This document shows positions 19,847 to 29,266 of a DNA stretch of 64,000 nucleotides, piece by piece (position 1 is the first letter of the stretch; every line of letters begins with the position of its first letter). The stretch comes from an uncultured Gemmatimonadales bacterium. GTDB lineage: Bacteria; Gemmatimonadota; Gemmatimonadetes; Gemmatimonadales; GWC2-71-9. The DNA lies in assembly GCA_963825055.1 (NCBI GenBank), contig CAWGSK010000034.1:1-64000 (forward strand). The letters are read 5' to 3'. Made by a program: the position numbers and the translations under genes. The notes beneath the pieces were generated by a model. It worked only from the letters and a program-made list of their open reading frames with translations, was not told the DNA's origin and did not search any database.

Positions 19847-22800
19847 TGCGCCCGCTCTCCTGGAGGAACCTGCGGTTCGTGGACGCGCTGATGCTGACGA
19901 GCGTGCCGCTGCTGGTCGCGTTGTGGCTGGTGGTGGCGTCCGTTGTGGACTACCATGGCCGGATTCAGTTCGATGACTACTGGACGCGCGGCGCGAGCGT
20001 GAACGGCCTGTTCGAGGCCCGGGTGCATGCCGCGCTGTCGCTCCCGCGCGCGCTGGTCCACGACCACCGGATCACCTGGGAGTCGCGCGACCCGTCCCTG
20101 CTCAACCTCCACGTCCAGGGGAAGCAGTGGGACCGGATGTGGGAGGACCCGCAGGAGGGCTGGGGCCAGTGGGTGGGGGGGTCGCTCAGTTACGGCGGGA
20201 CGGTGATGCCGGTCGACGTCCGCAAGCGGGGCGACAACAGCATCCACTTCACCACGCCCAAGCGCACCCTGACGGTCAAGACGCCGCGCACCGAGTTCTT
20301 CAAGGAATACCGCCAGTTCGGACTGTCGGTGAAGGACGTCCTGACGGCCACGGTCGCCAGCGGAATGGCAGACCGTTTCGACCTGATGGCGCCGCGGACC
20401 ACGGCGGTTCCGGTCTTCCTGAACAACCGCTTCGCGGGGATGTACCGCTTCCTCGAGGTGATCGACGAGTCCTTCCTGCGTCCGCTTCCGCGGATGCCGG
20501 GGAACATCTACCGTGGCGATGCCGCCGAGCGCGGCGACTACTTCAAGGGCCTGCCAAGAGGCGTCTTCCAGAACCCCTACATCTGGGACCGCGTCTCGTT
20601 CAACGACCGGCCCTCGGGCCCGGGCCAGCAGTTGCAGGCGTTCATCGCGGACGTGAATGGCACGACCTTCGAGGACCACCTGAGCCTGATGGGCCGGGTG
20701 GAGCGCCCCGAACTTGCCCGGCTGATGGCGTACTACCTCATCATGGGCGATCCATGGCACGCCGACGCCATCCACAACCAGTTCTGGTACGAAGACCCGA
20801 GCTCCGGGCTGCTGCACCCGATCCCCTGGGACGTGCGCATCATGGAACTGGGGAGGAACAACCAGCGCCTGAACCCCTTCCTCCAGGCGGCGCTGCGCGA
20901 CCCGTACCTGGTGGACCTGGTGCTGCAGGAGGTTCGTGCCTACCTGGACGCGGGCATCGAGGCCTCGGCCGACAGCATGGCGACGGCCCTGGAGCGTCGC
21001 TTTCATGACGAGTTCGAGTTCGACCGGCTCCGGCGCGGGCTCGTGCCCGATGTCGGGACGGCGGGGGAAATCAGGCGCATCGTGGCCGGGAACGCCGCGC
21101 TGCTCAGGCAGTGGATGGCGGACGACACGATAGCCGTGTCCATATCGCCGTCTGCCGGCCTTACCATCCTCGACATCGCCACCCGCGGGCGGGTGGGGGC
21201 GGATCTTGCGGGATTCAGCGCTGCCGGGGCCACCGCGCCCCGTCTCTATGAAGACCGGAACGGCAACGGCGTCCTCGATCCCGCGGATTCCGGGGTTGCC
21301 GTCACCTGCAGCCAGGCTGCCGGCGGGCAGGACTGCATTCTCCGGCGCCCGGAGGCCCTGTTCCCCGGGTGGGACGCGGGCGGCGTCGGGATTCACCGCG
21401 GCACGGTGCATTACCGATTCTTCCTGACCGGTGAGCGCCGGCAGGTGGTGCCCACGCTCCGCAACCGGATCACCGGCGCCGAGGCGGCGGTGGTGCCGCT
21501 CCAGCCGGGAGCGGTGCTGGCGAGGACCCGGTCGTTCTCCCCCTGGGACTTCCCGGTGCGCGCCGCGCGGTCGCACCGGCTCTCCGGTTCCATCCGGCTC
21601 GATTCGACGCTGAAGATCGCCGAGGGGGACACGCTCATCATCGCGCCCGGCACCGACATCAGGCTCGGTCCCGATGCTTCCATCCTGAGCCGGGGGCTCG
21701 TGATCGCCCGGGGCACCGCCGAACGGCCCATCCGGATCCGGCAGGGGGACGCGCCGCATCCCTGGGGGGCCTTCTCGCTGCAGGGGCACGGGGCGGACCG
21801 GAGCGAGCTTGCCTGGGTCGAGATCACCGGCGGGGGAGGGGCGCTTCTCGACGGGATCGAGTACACCGGGATGGTGAACCTGCACCGGGTGGACGGTGTC
21901 AGGCTTACCCATGTGCTGATGGCCGACAATGTCCGGAGCGACGACACGTTCCACGCCCTGCACGCCTCGTTCGTGCTGAGCGACTCCCGGGTACTCCGGG
22001 GGAACTCTGACGCGATCGACCTCGACCTCAGCACGGGCGAGATCAGCCGGAACCTGATTGAGCGAGCGGGTGGGGACGGGATCGACCTCATGACCTCGAC
22101 TCCGCGGATCTTCGACAACAGGATTGTCGATTCCCATGACAAGGGCATCTCCGTGGGGGAGGCGAGCGCGCCGGTCATCTTCAATAACGTGATCGCCGGG
22201 TGCGCGCGCGGCATCGAGGTCAAGGACCTTTCCCGGCCCCTGATCCTGAACAACACGCTCGAGCGGAACGGGATCGGGATATACCAGGACCGGAAGAACT
22301 GGCGCTACGGCGGTGGGGGCTGGGGTCTCATCGCCAACACGATCATCCGCGGTGGGGGCGCCGACCTCCGGAGCGATCCCTACTCGCGGGTGACCCTGGC
22401 CGGCGGCGTGGAACTGGACTCGGTCATCGGCCCGGGCGGATCCGTCCTGCACCAGGAGGAGCCGAAGGCCGCTCCCGAACTTTCCTGGCTCTACCGGAGT
22501 CTCGGGCTGGCCGCGCCGGACGGTACCCCCGGGACCGTTGCCCGGTGGACCCCGGCAGAGGCCGTCCCGCCCCGCTGGGGCGGGACCTTTGAGGACGACT
22601 TCACCAGCCCGTCCGATGGCTGGACCGGCACCGGGTTCGTGAACCGGCTCGAGAAGCGGAACGCCACCCTGGTCATGTCGGTGGAGCGTGACGCGGGCGC
22701 CATCGCGCTGCCGGTCGGCATGGACCTCCGGAACGCAGAGTCTCCGGCCACGGCCGTGCTCGAGCTTGCGACCAGCGACATCACCTCGGCGGAAGTGACA

Positions 22801-23067
22801 TTCCTCTCTCCCCAGGGCGATGTCACGCGCCCCCTGCCGCTCTCCAGCGACCCGGCCCTGTTCCAGCTCGCGGTGGTTCCCCTGCCGCCCAGGCAGTACA
22901 CCGGGATCCGCATCTCGGCGAGGCCCCGCCCCCGCATCGAGCGCGTGGTAAGTGGCGGCGTCCTGGACCTCAAGCCCGGCCGCCTCTTCCTTCATCAATG
23001 GCAGGTCTACCCGCCGGAGCGAGAACTTCCGGCGCCCAGGACCGTCGCCGCCGGGAACTCGCCATGA
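19846..23067 (+). CDS. CotH-family kinase fused to a right-handed parallel beta-helix domain, N-terminal TM anchor
   Basis: VRKRGD, PRT..V.VFLN..FAGMY..LEVIDESFL, HNQFWY..HPIPWD; then DAIDLD/DGIDL/DKGISVGE beta-helix repeats; EF-hand-like EDRNGNGVLD. Confidence 0.8.
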   Translation: MRPLSWRNLRFVDALMLTSVPLLVALWLVVASVVDYHGRIQFDDYWTRGASVNGLFEARVHAALSLPRALVHDHRITWESRDPSLLNLHVQGKQWDRMWEDPQEGWGQWVGGSLSYGGTVMPVDVRKRGDNSIHFTTPKRTLTVKTPRTEFFKEYRQFGLSVKDVLTATVASGMADRFDLMAPRTTAVPVFLNNRFAGMYRFLEVIDESFLRPLPRMPGNIYRGDAAERGDYFKGLPRGVFQNPYIWDRVSFNDRPSGPGQQLQAFIADVNGTTFEDHLSLMGRVERPELARLMAYYLIMGDPWHADAIHNQFWYEDPSSGLLHPIPWDVRIMELGRNNQRLNPFLQAALRDPYLVDLVLQEVRAYLDAGIEASADSMATALERRFHDEFEFDRLRRGLVPDVGTAGEIRRIVAGNAALLRQWMADDTIAVSISPSAGLTILDIATRGRVGADLAGFSAAGATAPRLYEDRNGNGVLDPADSGVAVTCSQAAGGQDCILRRPEALFPGWDAGGVGIHRGTVHYRFFLTGERRQVVPTLRNRITGAEAAVVPLQPGAVLARTRSFSPWDFPVRAARSHRLSGSIRLDSTLKIAEGDTLIIAPGTDIRLGPDASILSRGLVIARGTAERPIRIRQGDAPHPWGAFSLQGHGADRSELAWVEITGGGGALLDGIEYTGMVNLHRVDGVRLTHVLMADNVRSDDTFHALHASFVLSDSRVLRGNSDAIDLDLSTGEISRNLIERAGGDGIDLMTSTPRIFDNRIVDSHDKGISVGEASAPVIFNNVIAGCARGIEVKDLSRPLILNNTLERNGIGIYQDRKNWRYGGGGWGLIANTIIRGGGADLRSDPYSRVTLAGGVELDSVIGPGGSVLHQEEPKAAPELSWLYRSLGLAAPDGTPGTVARWTPAEAVPPRWGGTFEDDFTSPSDGWTGTGFVNRLEKRNATLVMSVERDAGAIALPVGMDLRNAESPATAVLELATSDITSAEVTFLSPQGDVTRPLPLSSDPALFQLAVVPLPPRQYTGIRISARPRPRIERVVSGGVLDLKPGRLFLHQWQVYPPERELPAPRTVAAGNSP

Positions 23068-24158
23068 ATCTCACTCCGACCGCCCTGACCGTCCTGGCCG
23101 CCTTATCCGCCCTGCCCTCCCTCGGGTCACCGCCCGGCTCGTCCGCCTCGACCGCCCATTCGGCGTCCGTCCTGTCCGCCCTGTCCGCCCTGCCCGACAG
23201 CTTCAGTTTTGCCGTCCTCGGCCACGTCCGCGGCAACAAGAAGGGCGAGCTCAATCCGAAGCTGGGCGAGATGCTGGATCGCGTGCGGGCCCTGCACCCG
23301 GCCTTCGTCGTGCTGACGGGCGACATGATCTGGGGCGACGTGGACAGTGACCCGGTGGACACTGCTGCGGTGCTCGCGGAGTGGACCCGGCTCGACTCCG
23401 CGCTGGCGACACTCCATGTGCCGGTCTACCGCGTACCGGGCAACCATGACATCAGCGATGTTCCCAGCCGCGACATCTACACCCGGCGGTACGGCCGCCC
23501 GCCCGCGGCGTTCGACTACGGGGACAGCCGCTTCGTGCTGCTCTCCAGCGCCTGGATTCCGGCGGACAGCGACACGCGGCACAACCCGTACATCCGCACC
23601 CGTCGCCTGGCCGAGGACCAGCTTGCCTTCCTCAGGGCACAGCTCGCCGACACCTCGGCGTACCGGCACGCGTTCGTCTTCATGCATCACCTGCTCTGGT
23701 GGGAGCCGGACAGCACGCAGTGGTGGCGTGTGGTGCATCCGATCCTGGCGGCGGGGAAGGTGAGGGACGTCTTCACCGGCGACTACGGCCCGATGAAATT
23801 CAGCACCCGGGAGAAGGACGGCGTGCGCTATCTCCAGAGTTCCATGGAGGGCCAGCCCACCCTGGGCGTGCTGCGGGCCTTCGAGTCGAGCCGGATGCTC
23901 TCGTCCCAGTTCGACAATTTTCTTTTTGTCAGCGTGAACGGGCCGGACGTGAACGTGGCTGTGAAGACCCTGGCCGAATTCAGTTCGGGCCACTTCACCC
24001 CTGAGACCTACCGGGCCATCACCGCGCCCGACCCCGGGAGCGGAACCATCATCGGCCGGCTGAAGCAGGCTGTCACGCCGAAGCGGGCGGTGGCGGGAGT
24101 AGTGCTGGTGCTGCTGGGATTTGTGGTGGGGTGGGCGGTTGGCAAGGAAAAAGCGTAA
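23064..24158 (+). CDS. calcineurin-like metallophosphoesterase with a C-terminal TM anchor
   Basis: TGD, PGNHD, FMHH motifs; first metal motif atypical (LGHVR); start at ATG 23064 (ATGA overlap). Confidence 0.8.
   Translation: MNLTPTALTVLAALSALPSLGSPPGSSASTAHSASVLSALSALPDSFSFAVLGHVRGNKKGELNPKLGEMLDRVRALHPAFVVLTGDMIWGDVDSDPVDTAAVLAEWTRLDSALATLHVPVYRVPGNHDISDVPSRDIYTRRYGRPPAAFDYGDSRFVLLSSAWIPADSDTRHNPYIRTRRLAEDQLAFLRAQLADTSAYRHAFVFMHHLLWWEPDSTQWWRVVHPILAAGKVRDVFTGDYGPMKFSTREKDGVRYLQSSMEGQPTLGVLRAFESSRMLSSQFDNFLFVSVNGPDVNVAVKTLAEFSSGHFTPETYRAITAPDPGSGTIIGRLKQAVTPKRAVAGVVLVLLGFVVGWAVGKEKA
23076..23198 (+). repeat. in-frame 9-nt tandem repeats (CTGTCCGCC-like) in the phosphoesterase N-terminus
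   Basis: ccgaccgcc ctgaccgtc ctggccgcc ttatccgcc ... gcgtccgtc ctgtccgcc ctgtccgcc. Confidence 0.55.
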
Positions 24159-24356
24159 ACGGTAAGCGGTGAGCGGTGAACGGATTTGCAGCGGTTGACA
24201 TCGTGCCGAGCAGGTGGGTCATGACGGTGAACTCACAGTGATGATACCGCTCACCGCTCACGGCGTCAACCCTCACATTCACCGTTCACCGCTTACCACT
24301 CACCGCTCACGCTGTTTGTTTTTTCCGCTCACCGCTTACCGCTCACCGCTTACGCT
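24153..24356. repeat. inverted arrays of 7-nt repeats (GGTGAGC / CTCACCG)
   Basis: GGTAAGC GGTGAGC GGTGAAC at 24161-24181, with complementary heptamer runs at about 24246-24262, 24278-24311 and 24326-24355. Confidence 0.8.
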
Positions 24357-25812
24357 GTTTCGTTGCCAGACCAGCCAGATAACGACTCCCGTCAGGACGA
24401 AAATCGCAATTGGATCGGCGCCCTGTTCCAGGAATGGCAGGTAGGCGCCGGCGGTCTTCTGCAGCACGGTGAGCCACGGCAGCTCGAATCCCCGGAAAAA
24501 GACATGCAGCAGGGAGGTGGGGACATCCTCCCGGACCATGGCCACGCTCCAGGAGATGGCCACGGTCGGGATGACGAGCGCCCAGCGCGCCCAGCCCGGC
24601 AGGCGGAGCAGCACCGGGACGAGCGCCAGAAAGAGCAGCGGGACGGCCGGGATCATGTAGCGCACGCCCGTGTTCCACTGCAGGGCGGCGAACTGGACGG
24701 CGCTGCTGAAGAGCCAGAGGCCGAGTGTCGCGCCGAAGACGAGCGCCAGCTCATCGCGGGCCAGGAGCCCCGGGCGGCGGCGTAGCCAGGGCGCGGCGAT
24801 TGCGGCGGCGAGCATGGGGCAGAACGCCAGCAGCCCGTACCGCGGGTCGAGCATGTTGCCGGCCAGGAGCCGTATCGTCGGCCACGTGAACCCGTGCCAG
24901 CCCCGGACGCTGAGCTCGGTATCGGGCATGTACGTCTGGGCGGGCAGGAACGGGTTACCGAACGCCAGGTACTGGTAGAGGAAGAGGATCGCGATCGGAA
25001 CGGCGGCTCCGGCACTGAATCGGAGTGCCTCCTCGATCCCGCCCTTTGCGCCCCCGTCCCTCCAGGCGCGCAGCAGGACCCAGAGCCCGAATGCCAGGAC
25101 AACCGGCGCCGCGGAGTAGTCGCAGAGGATGCCCACGCCGAGGAGCATGCCGCCCAGGACCGTCAGTCCGCCGCGGCGCGGTGACCCCCGGGCGCCCGGC
25201 GGGGGCTCGGCGAGGGTGACGAAGCCGAACAGCACCGCATGCGCCACGAGGGCGTTCTGGTTCAGGAAGGCCGACCGGAAGAAGATGGGCGTCCCGAAGG
25301 CGTACAGCAGTGCGAGCCAGAGAGCCTGGCGCTCGTCGCCGAGGCGGGCCCCGAGGAAGCGGAACACGACCACCGCGGCCAGCCCTGCCAGCGGGACCAT
25401 CAGCCCCAGGTGCATGGCAACCGCGGCCAGCCCCAGCTTCACGTCGAGCCCCCTTGCCCGGGCTTCGTTGAAGAACGTCGTCCGGTTGGGGCGCGGGTCG
25501 TCGTAGGTGGAGGGCGGCTTCGGCCGGGCGAGTTCCGGCTTGAGCTCCAGCAGGCCGCTGATGAACGGCCGGGCGACGGCGTAGGGGATGGCCGCCAGCA
25601 TGGAGGCGCCGGGGTTGTTGTTGATGTACGCCCCGCGCCCCTCGATCTCGAACAGGTCCGGATGGAGCCCGAGGTACGGGTCCACGCGGACGGATCGCGT
25701 CCTCTCCCAGCGCAATGCCCAGGTAGGTCTCCCGCACCACGTTGGTCGCGAAGTGGATCGTGTAGACCAGTGCGACCGTCAGGAAGATCCTGGTGGCGGT
25801 GGAGAGACGCAT
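24336..25812 (-). CDS. polytopic membrane protein, GT-C-like; frameshift near 25700
   Basis: N-terminal TM with NVVRETY continues in another frame as SVRVDPY..NNNPGAS; many TM helices; late GVRYMIPAVP motif. Confidence 0.65.
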
Positions 25813-25820
25813 GGGGCCGC

Positions 25821-26867
25821 TCAGATCTCCGAGAGCTTCACCGGGGCGCCGCTGGTGCTGCTCTCATAGACGGCGTTCGCGATCTCGACCGCACGGAAAC
25901 CGGCGACACCGTCCGCCAGTGCGGTACGCTCTCCCTCCACCATTCGCAGGAAGTCCGCGAGTTCGTCCTGGAAGGACAGCAGCGCGGTGGAGGTCCAGCT
26001 CCGGAGCTTCTCGCGCACCATGATCTCGGGATAGTACTTCGTTTCCTTCCGCCGCGGACCGCCCGGTTTTTCCTGCGTGATGAGCACGTTGCGCATCGGG
26101 GCGTAGAACCCGCGCACCATCCCGCGGTTGCCGTAGGCCTCGACGAAGAACCCGTAGCCCTTCCATTCGGTCCAGGTCGCCTGGTAGACGGCGGTCACGC
26201 CTGACGGGCTTCGGAAGATCGCCATGGCGTTGTCCTCCGATCCCGGCACCTCCCAGACCCGGTTCGTGGCCACACCATAGACGTCGCTGACCTCGCCCAG
26301 GACATAGCGCGCCAGGTCGGTCATGTGGATCCCGACGTCCATCATGGCGCCGCCGCCACTCTCCGGCGACTTGTACTGCCAGTCCGCGCGGAAGTTGTGC
26401 AGCCCGTCGTGACCGCCGAAGACCCGGACGTGGTCCAGCTCCCCGATACGGCCCGCGTCGATTGCCTGCTTCAGGAACTTCATGGAGGGGTAATAGCGGT
26501 GGTTGAACCCGGTGGCCAGGACGCGGCCGGCCTTCCGGCCCGCCTCGACCATCCGGCGGCAGGAGTCGACCGTGTTGGACAGCGGCTTCTCGCAGAGCAC
26601 GTGCACGCCGGCATCGAAGGCCTTCAGGACGGCCTCTTCATGGAATTGCACCGGCGACGACACGATGACCGCCTCCAGTCCGGGCAGCGCGAGCAACTCG
26701 TCCATCGAGCGGCAGGCGGTGGCGCCCGAGCCCTCCACCGCGCGCTTCGCCTGGTCGGGGGCGGGGTCGGCCACACCCGCCAGCACCGTGGCCGGGTTCG
26801 CCCGGATGGTCTGTGCCCGCAACTGCCCGATCACACCGGCTCCCACCACTCCGAATCGTATTGGCAC
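25821..26867 (-). CDS. Gfo/Idh/MocA-family oxidoreductase
   Basis: GVVGAGVIG, HVLCEKPL, GFNHRY, GGGAMMDVGIH; GTG start after GAGGA. Confidence 0.9.
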   Translation of the reverse strand: MPIRFGVVGAGVIGQLRAQTIRANPATVLAGVADPAPDQAKRAVEGSGATACRSMDELLALPGLEAVIVSSPVQFHEEAVLKAFDAGVHVLCEKPLSNTVDSCRRMVEAGRKAGRVLATGFNHRYYPSMKFLKQAIDAGRIGELDHVRVFGGHDGLHNFRADWQYKSPESGGGAMMDVGIHMTDLARYVLGEVSDVYGVATNRVWEVPGSEDNAMAIFRSPSGVTAVYQATWTEWKGYGFFVEAYGNRGMVRGFYAPMRNVLITQEKPGGPRRKETKYYPEIMVREKLRSWTSTALLSFQDELADFLRMVEGERTALADGVAGFRAVEIANAVYESSTSGAPVKLSEI

Positions 26868-26871
26868 AGCG

Positions 26872-28296
26872 TCAGTCCTCCACCACGTGTCGAGTGAATT
26901 CTTCCCGGTACCGCGCCCACCGGTCCTGGTCGAACGTTCCATTGGTCAGGCATTCCACGGCGGCGTACGCCATGTAGAGGGCGTGGTGCGTGTTGTCATG
27001 GGCGAAGAGGCCCTGCCGACCGTAGCTGAGCATCCGTGGGAGGGATTCGACCCACGCATCCAGCGTCCCGAAGGGGACTTCGTAGCCCTGCTGGTAGATC
27101 GGGTAGGCCTGGGGCAGCCGCCGGGTGTGGACCGCCACCGGCGGCCGCTCCAGCGGGATGCCCGCCCGGGCCAGGTCGCCCGCGACCCGCTCACCGAGCG
27201 CGGCGTCGTCCATGCCCCAGACGTCGTCGTCCATGCTGCACGGCAGTTCGGCGCACAGGATGGTCCGGCCCTCCGGCTCCCGGCGCGCCGCATAGTTCTT
27301 CGGCTCCGACAGGCGGGTGATCGTGATGTCGCGGCCCGGAAAGTAGTGCGCGTCGAACGGCGTGAACTGGTCCTGGTCCAGCACCAGGTAGACCAGGATC
27401 ATGGAGCGGTAGCTGATGTCCCGGGCCGCCGCCTTCACTTCCGCCGGCACGCGGTCGCCCATGGCACGGGCGAGAATCGTGATCGGGATGGTGGACCAGA
27501 CGTAGTCCGCCTCGAGGCGCTCCTCCCGGTCCCCGTTCTTCACGGTCACCCGCCAGGGCTGGTCCGGTCCTGCGGGCGGCTCGAGACCCGTCATGCTGGT
27601 CCCGAGCCGGAGGTCGGCGCCGGCCTTCCGGGCGGCGTCGGCGTACGCCTCGCTGATCTGGCCGAAGCCCTGCCGCGGGTAGAAGAAGCGGCCGGCGCCG
27701 GGCGGCTTGAGGCCGGGCACCGCGCTCAGCACCTTCCGGATGAGCTTCAGGAATGATCCGGCCGAGACCCGCCGCCTCGCCTGGATGCCAGACAGGGACT
27801 CAGGGTCACGGCCCCACATTTTCCAGGCATACGGGAAATAGAAGTCGCGGCAGATCGTTGGGCCGAGGTTGGCCATCAGCACCGAGGCGAAGGTGTTGCC
27901 CTCGTCGGGCTTCCGTCCAAATGCCTTGCGGACCATGTCGCCGAAGGAGCCGAGCGCGAACTCCGGGTCGATCCGGAGGACGAGGTCCACCGGCTTGAGC
28001 GGGAAGTGGATCCAGCTGCCGCGGAGGCGGATCCGGCCGTGGCGCGGCCGGTCCAGCAGGTCCTCGCCGAGAAGGGCACGGATATCGGCCAGGATGCGCG
28101 AGTCGCTTGACGGATGAAGCCGGTGGCTCCCGTAATCCACCCTGAGCCCCTCCAGCTCGAAGCTGCCCGCATTGCCCCCCACCACGGGGTTCCGTTCAAT
28201 GACGGTGACTTTCGCGCGGTCCTGACGGGCGAGCTGCCAGGCGGCACCGAGGCCGGCGGGGCCTGCGCCCAGGATGACGATCCGCGGCTCAGGCAT
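26872..28296 (-). CDS. FAD-dependent oxidoreductase (related to 1598..3094)
   Basis: ILGAGPAGLGAA, VDYGSHRL, QAYPIY, GRQGLFAHDNTHH. Confidence 0.82.
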   Translation of the reverse strand: MPEPRIVILGAGPAGLGAAWQLARQDRAKVTVIERNPVVGGNAGSFELEGLRVDYGSHRLHPSSDSRILADIRALLGEDLLDRPRHGRIRLRGSWIHFPLKPVDLVLRIDPEFALGSFGDMVRKAFGRKPDEGNTFASVLMANLGPTICRDFYFPYAWKMWGRDPESLSGIQARRRVSAGSFLKLIRKVLSAVPGLKPPGAGRFFYPRQGFGQISEAYADAARKAGADLRLGTSMTGLEPPAGPDQPWRVTVKNGDREERLEADYVWSTIPITILARAMGDRVPAEVKAAARDISYRSMILVYLVLDQDQFTPFDAHYFPGRDITITRLSEPKNYAARREPEGRTILCAELPCSMDDDVWGMDDAALGERVAGDLARAGIPLERPPVAVHTRRLPQAYPIYQQGYEVPFGTLDAWVESLPRMLSYGRQGLFAHDNTHHALYMAYAAVECLTNGTFDQDRWARYREEFTRHVVED

Positions 28297-29266
28297 GGCC
28301 CCGTCCCTGGGCGACGATGGACGGCGTGATCGTGCCGACGGTGCCATTGCGGCGCTGGCGGCGGCGCGAGAGCAGGAGCCACACCAGGCCGCCGGCGAGG
28401 CCGCCCACAATCAGGACGGTTTGCCAGAGGAGCGAGCAGACGACGGCGCGAGCCGCCGGGACGCCGAAGGGCACCAGGATGGCGGCCAGGCTTGCCTCGC
28501 GCACGGCCAGTCCGCCCAGGCTGATGGGCATGAGGCCGGCGACCTTCGCCAGCGGCCAGGCGAGGAACCATACCGCCAGCGGCACGTCGATGCCGATGGA
28601 GCGCCCGAGCCAGGCATTGAGGAGGACGAAGCTTCCCTGGATGGTGAGCGACATGAGCAGGCCGGCCGCCGCAAAGCGGGGCCGGCGCACGAGGCGTCGC
28701 ATCGCCACGAGGCTCCGCCCGATGGGGCGGCGGAAACGGGCCGGCCACCGGGCAAGCGGCCGCCGGAGCGCGAGCGGCAGGAAGACGAGGGCCACCCCCG
28801 TGCCGACCACCGCGAGGACCGTGAGCACCGGACCGCCCCAGCCGGGCAGTGCCCCGCGCGAGCCGAGCCCCCCGGCGGCGACCAGGATCCCGAGGGAGGC
28901 CACGTCGGTGGCGCGGTCCATGACGCCGCCCCAGATCGCAGCCTCAGGCCGGCGGCTGATGCGCCCCGCCAGGGCGGCGCGGAGGACGTCCCCGCCCACG
29001 ATGCTCGGCAGGCACAGGTTGGCGAACAGGCCGGCGCTGTAGCACAGGGCCGCGTCCACCGGGGCGAGCGCCGCACGCCCCGCGTTGACGAAGAGCCGCC
29101 ACTTGAAGACGCCGAGAAGGTGCCCGGCCAGGAAGCCGCCGAGCACGCCAAGCCAGACGCCTGGAGGCAGACGCGTCAGCGAGGCCCAGACGTCGGACCA
29201 CGGCAGGATGAGCAGGATGACGGTCAGCAGGACGGCGCTGACCGCGACCTTCAGCCAGAGCTTCAC
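28289..29266 (-). CDS. lysylphosphatidylglycerol-synthase TM-domain / flippase-like protein
   Basis: LKVAVS, KWR, FANLCLPSIVGGDVLR, MDR, PISLGGLAVRE. Confidence 0.85.
   Translation of the reverse strand: MKLWLKVAVSAVLLTVILLILPWSDVWASLTRLPPGVWLGVLGGFLAGHLLGVFKWRLFVNAGRAALAPVDAALCYSAGLFANLCLPSIVGGDVLRAALAGRISRRPEAAIWGGVMDRATDVASLGILVAAGGLGSRGALPGWGGPVLTVLAVVGTGVALVFLPLALRRPLARWPARFRRPIGRSLVAMRRLVRRPRFAAAGLLMSLTIQGSFVLLNAWLGRSIGIDVPLAVWFLAWPLAKVAGLMPISLGGLAVREASLAAILVPFGVPAARAVVCSLLWQTVLIVGGLAGGLVWLLLSRRRQRRNGTVGTITPSIVAQGRGHA

Noticed and set aside
19753..22998. Very long antisense ORFs (1081 aa here; also 14694..17153, 56316..58637 and others)
   Set aside because: Shadow ORFs typical of high-GC coding DNA; they have no motifs and lie opposite well-supported genes
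24000..24158. PEP-CTERM-like sorting signal on the metallophosphoesterase (APDP...TM...KEKA)
   Set aside because: APDP is about 20 residues from the TM helix and there is no Arg-rich tail; it looks like an ordinary C-terminal anchor
24153..24356. CRISPR array
   Set aside because: Units are 7 nt, contiguous and inverted, with no unique 25-45 nt spacers and no cas genes
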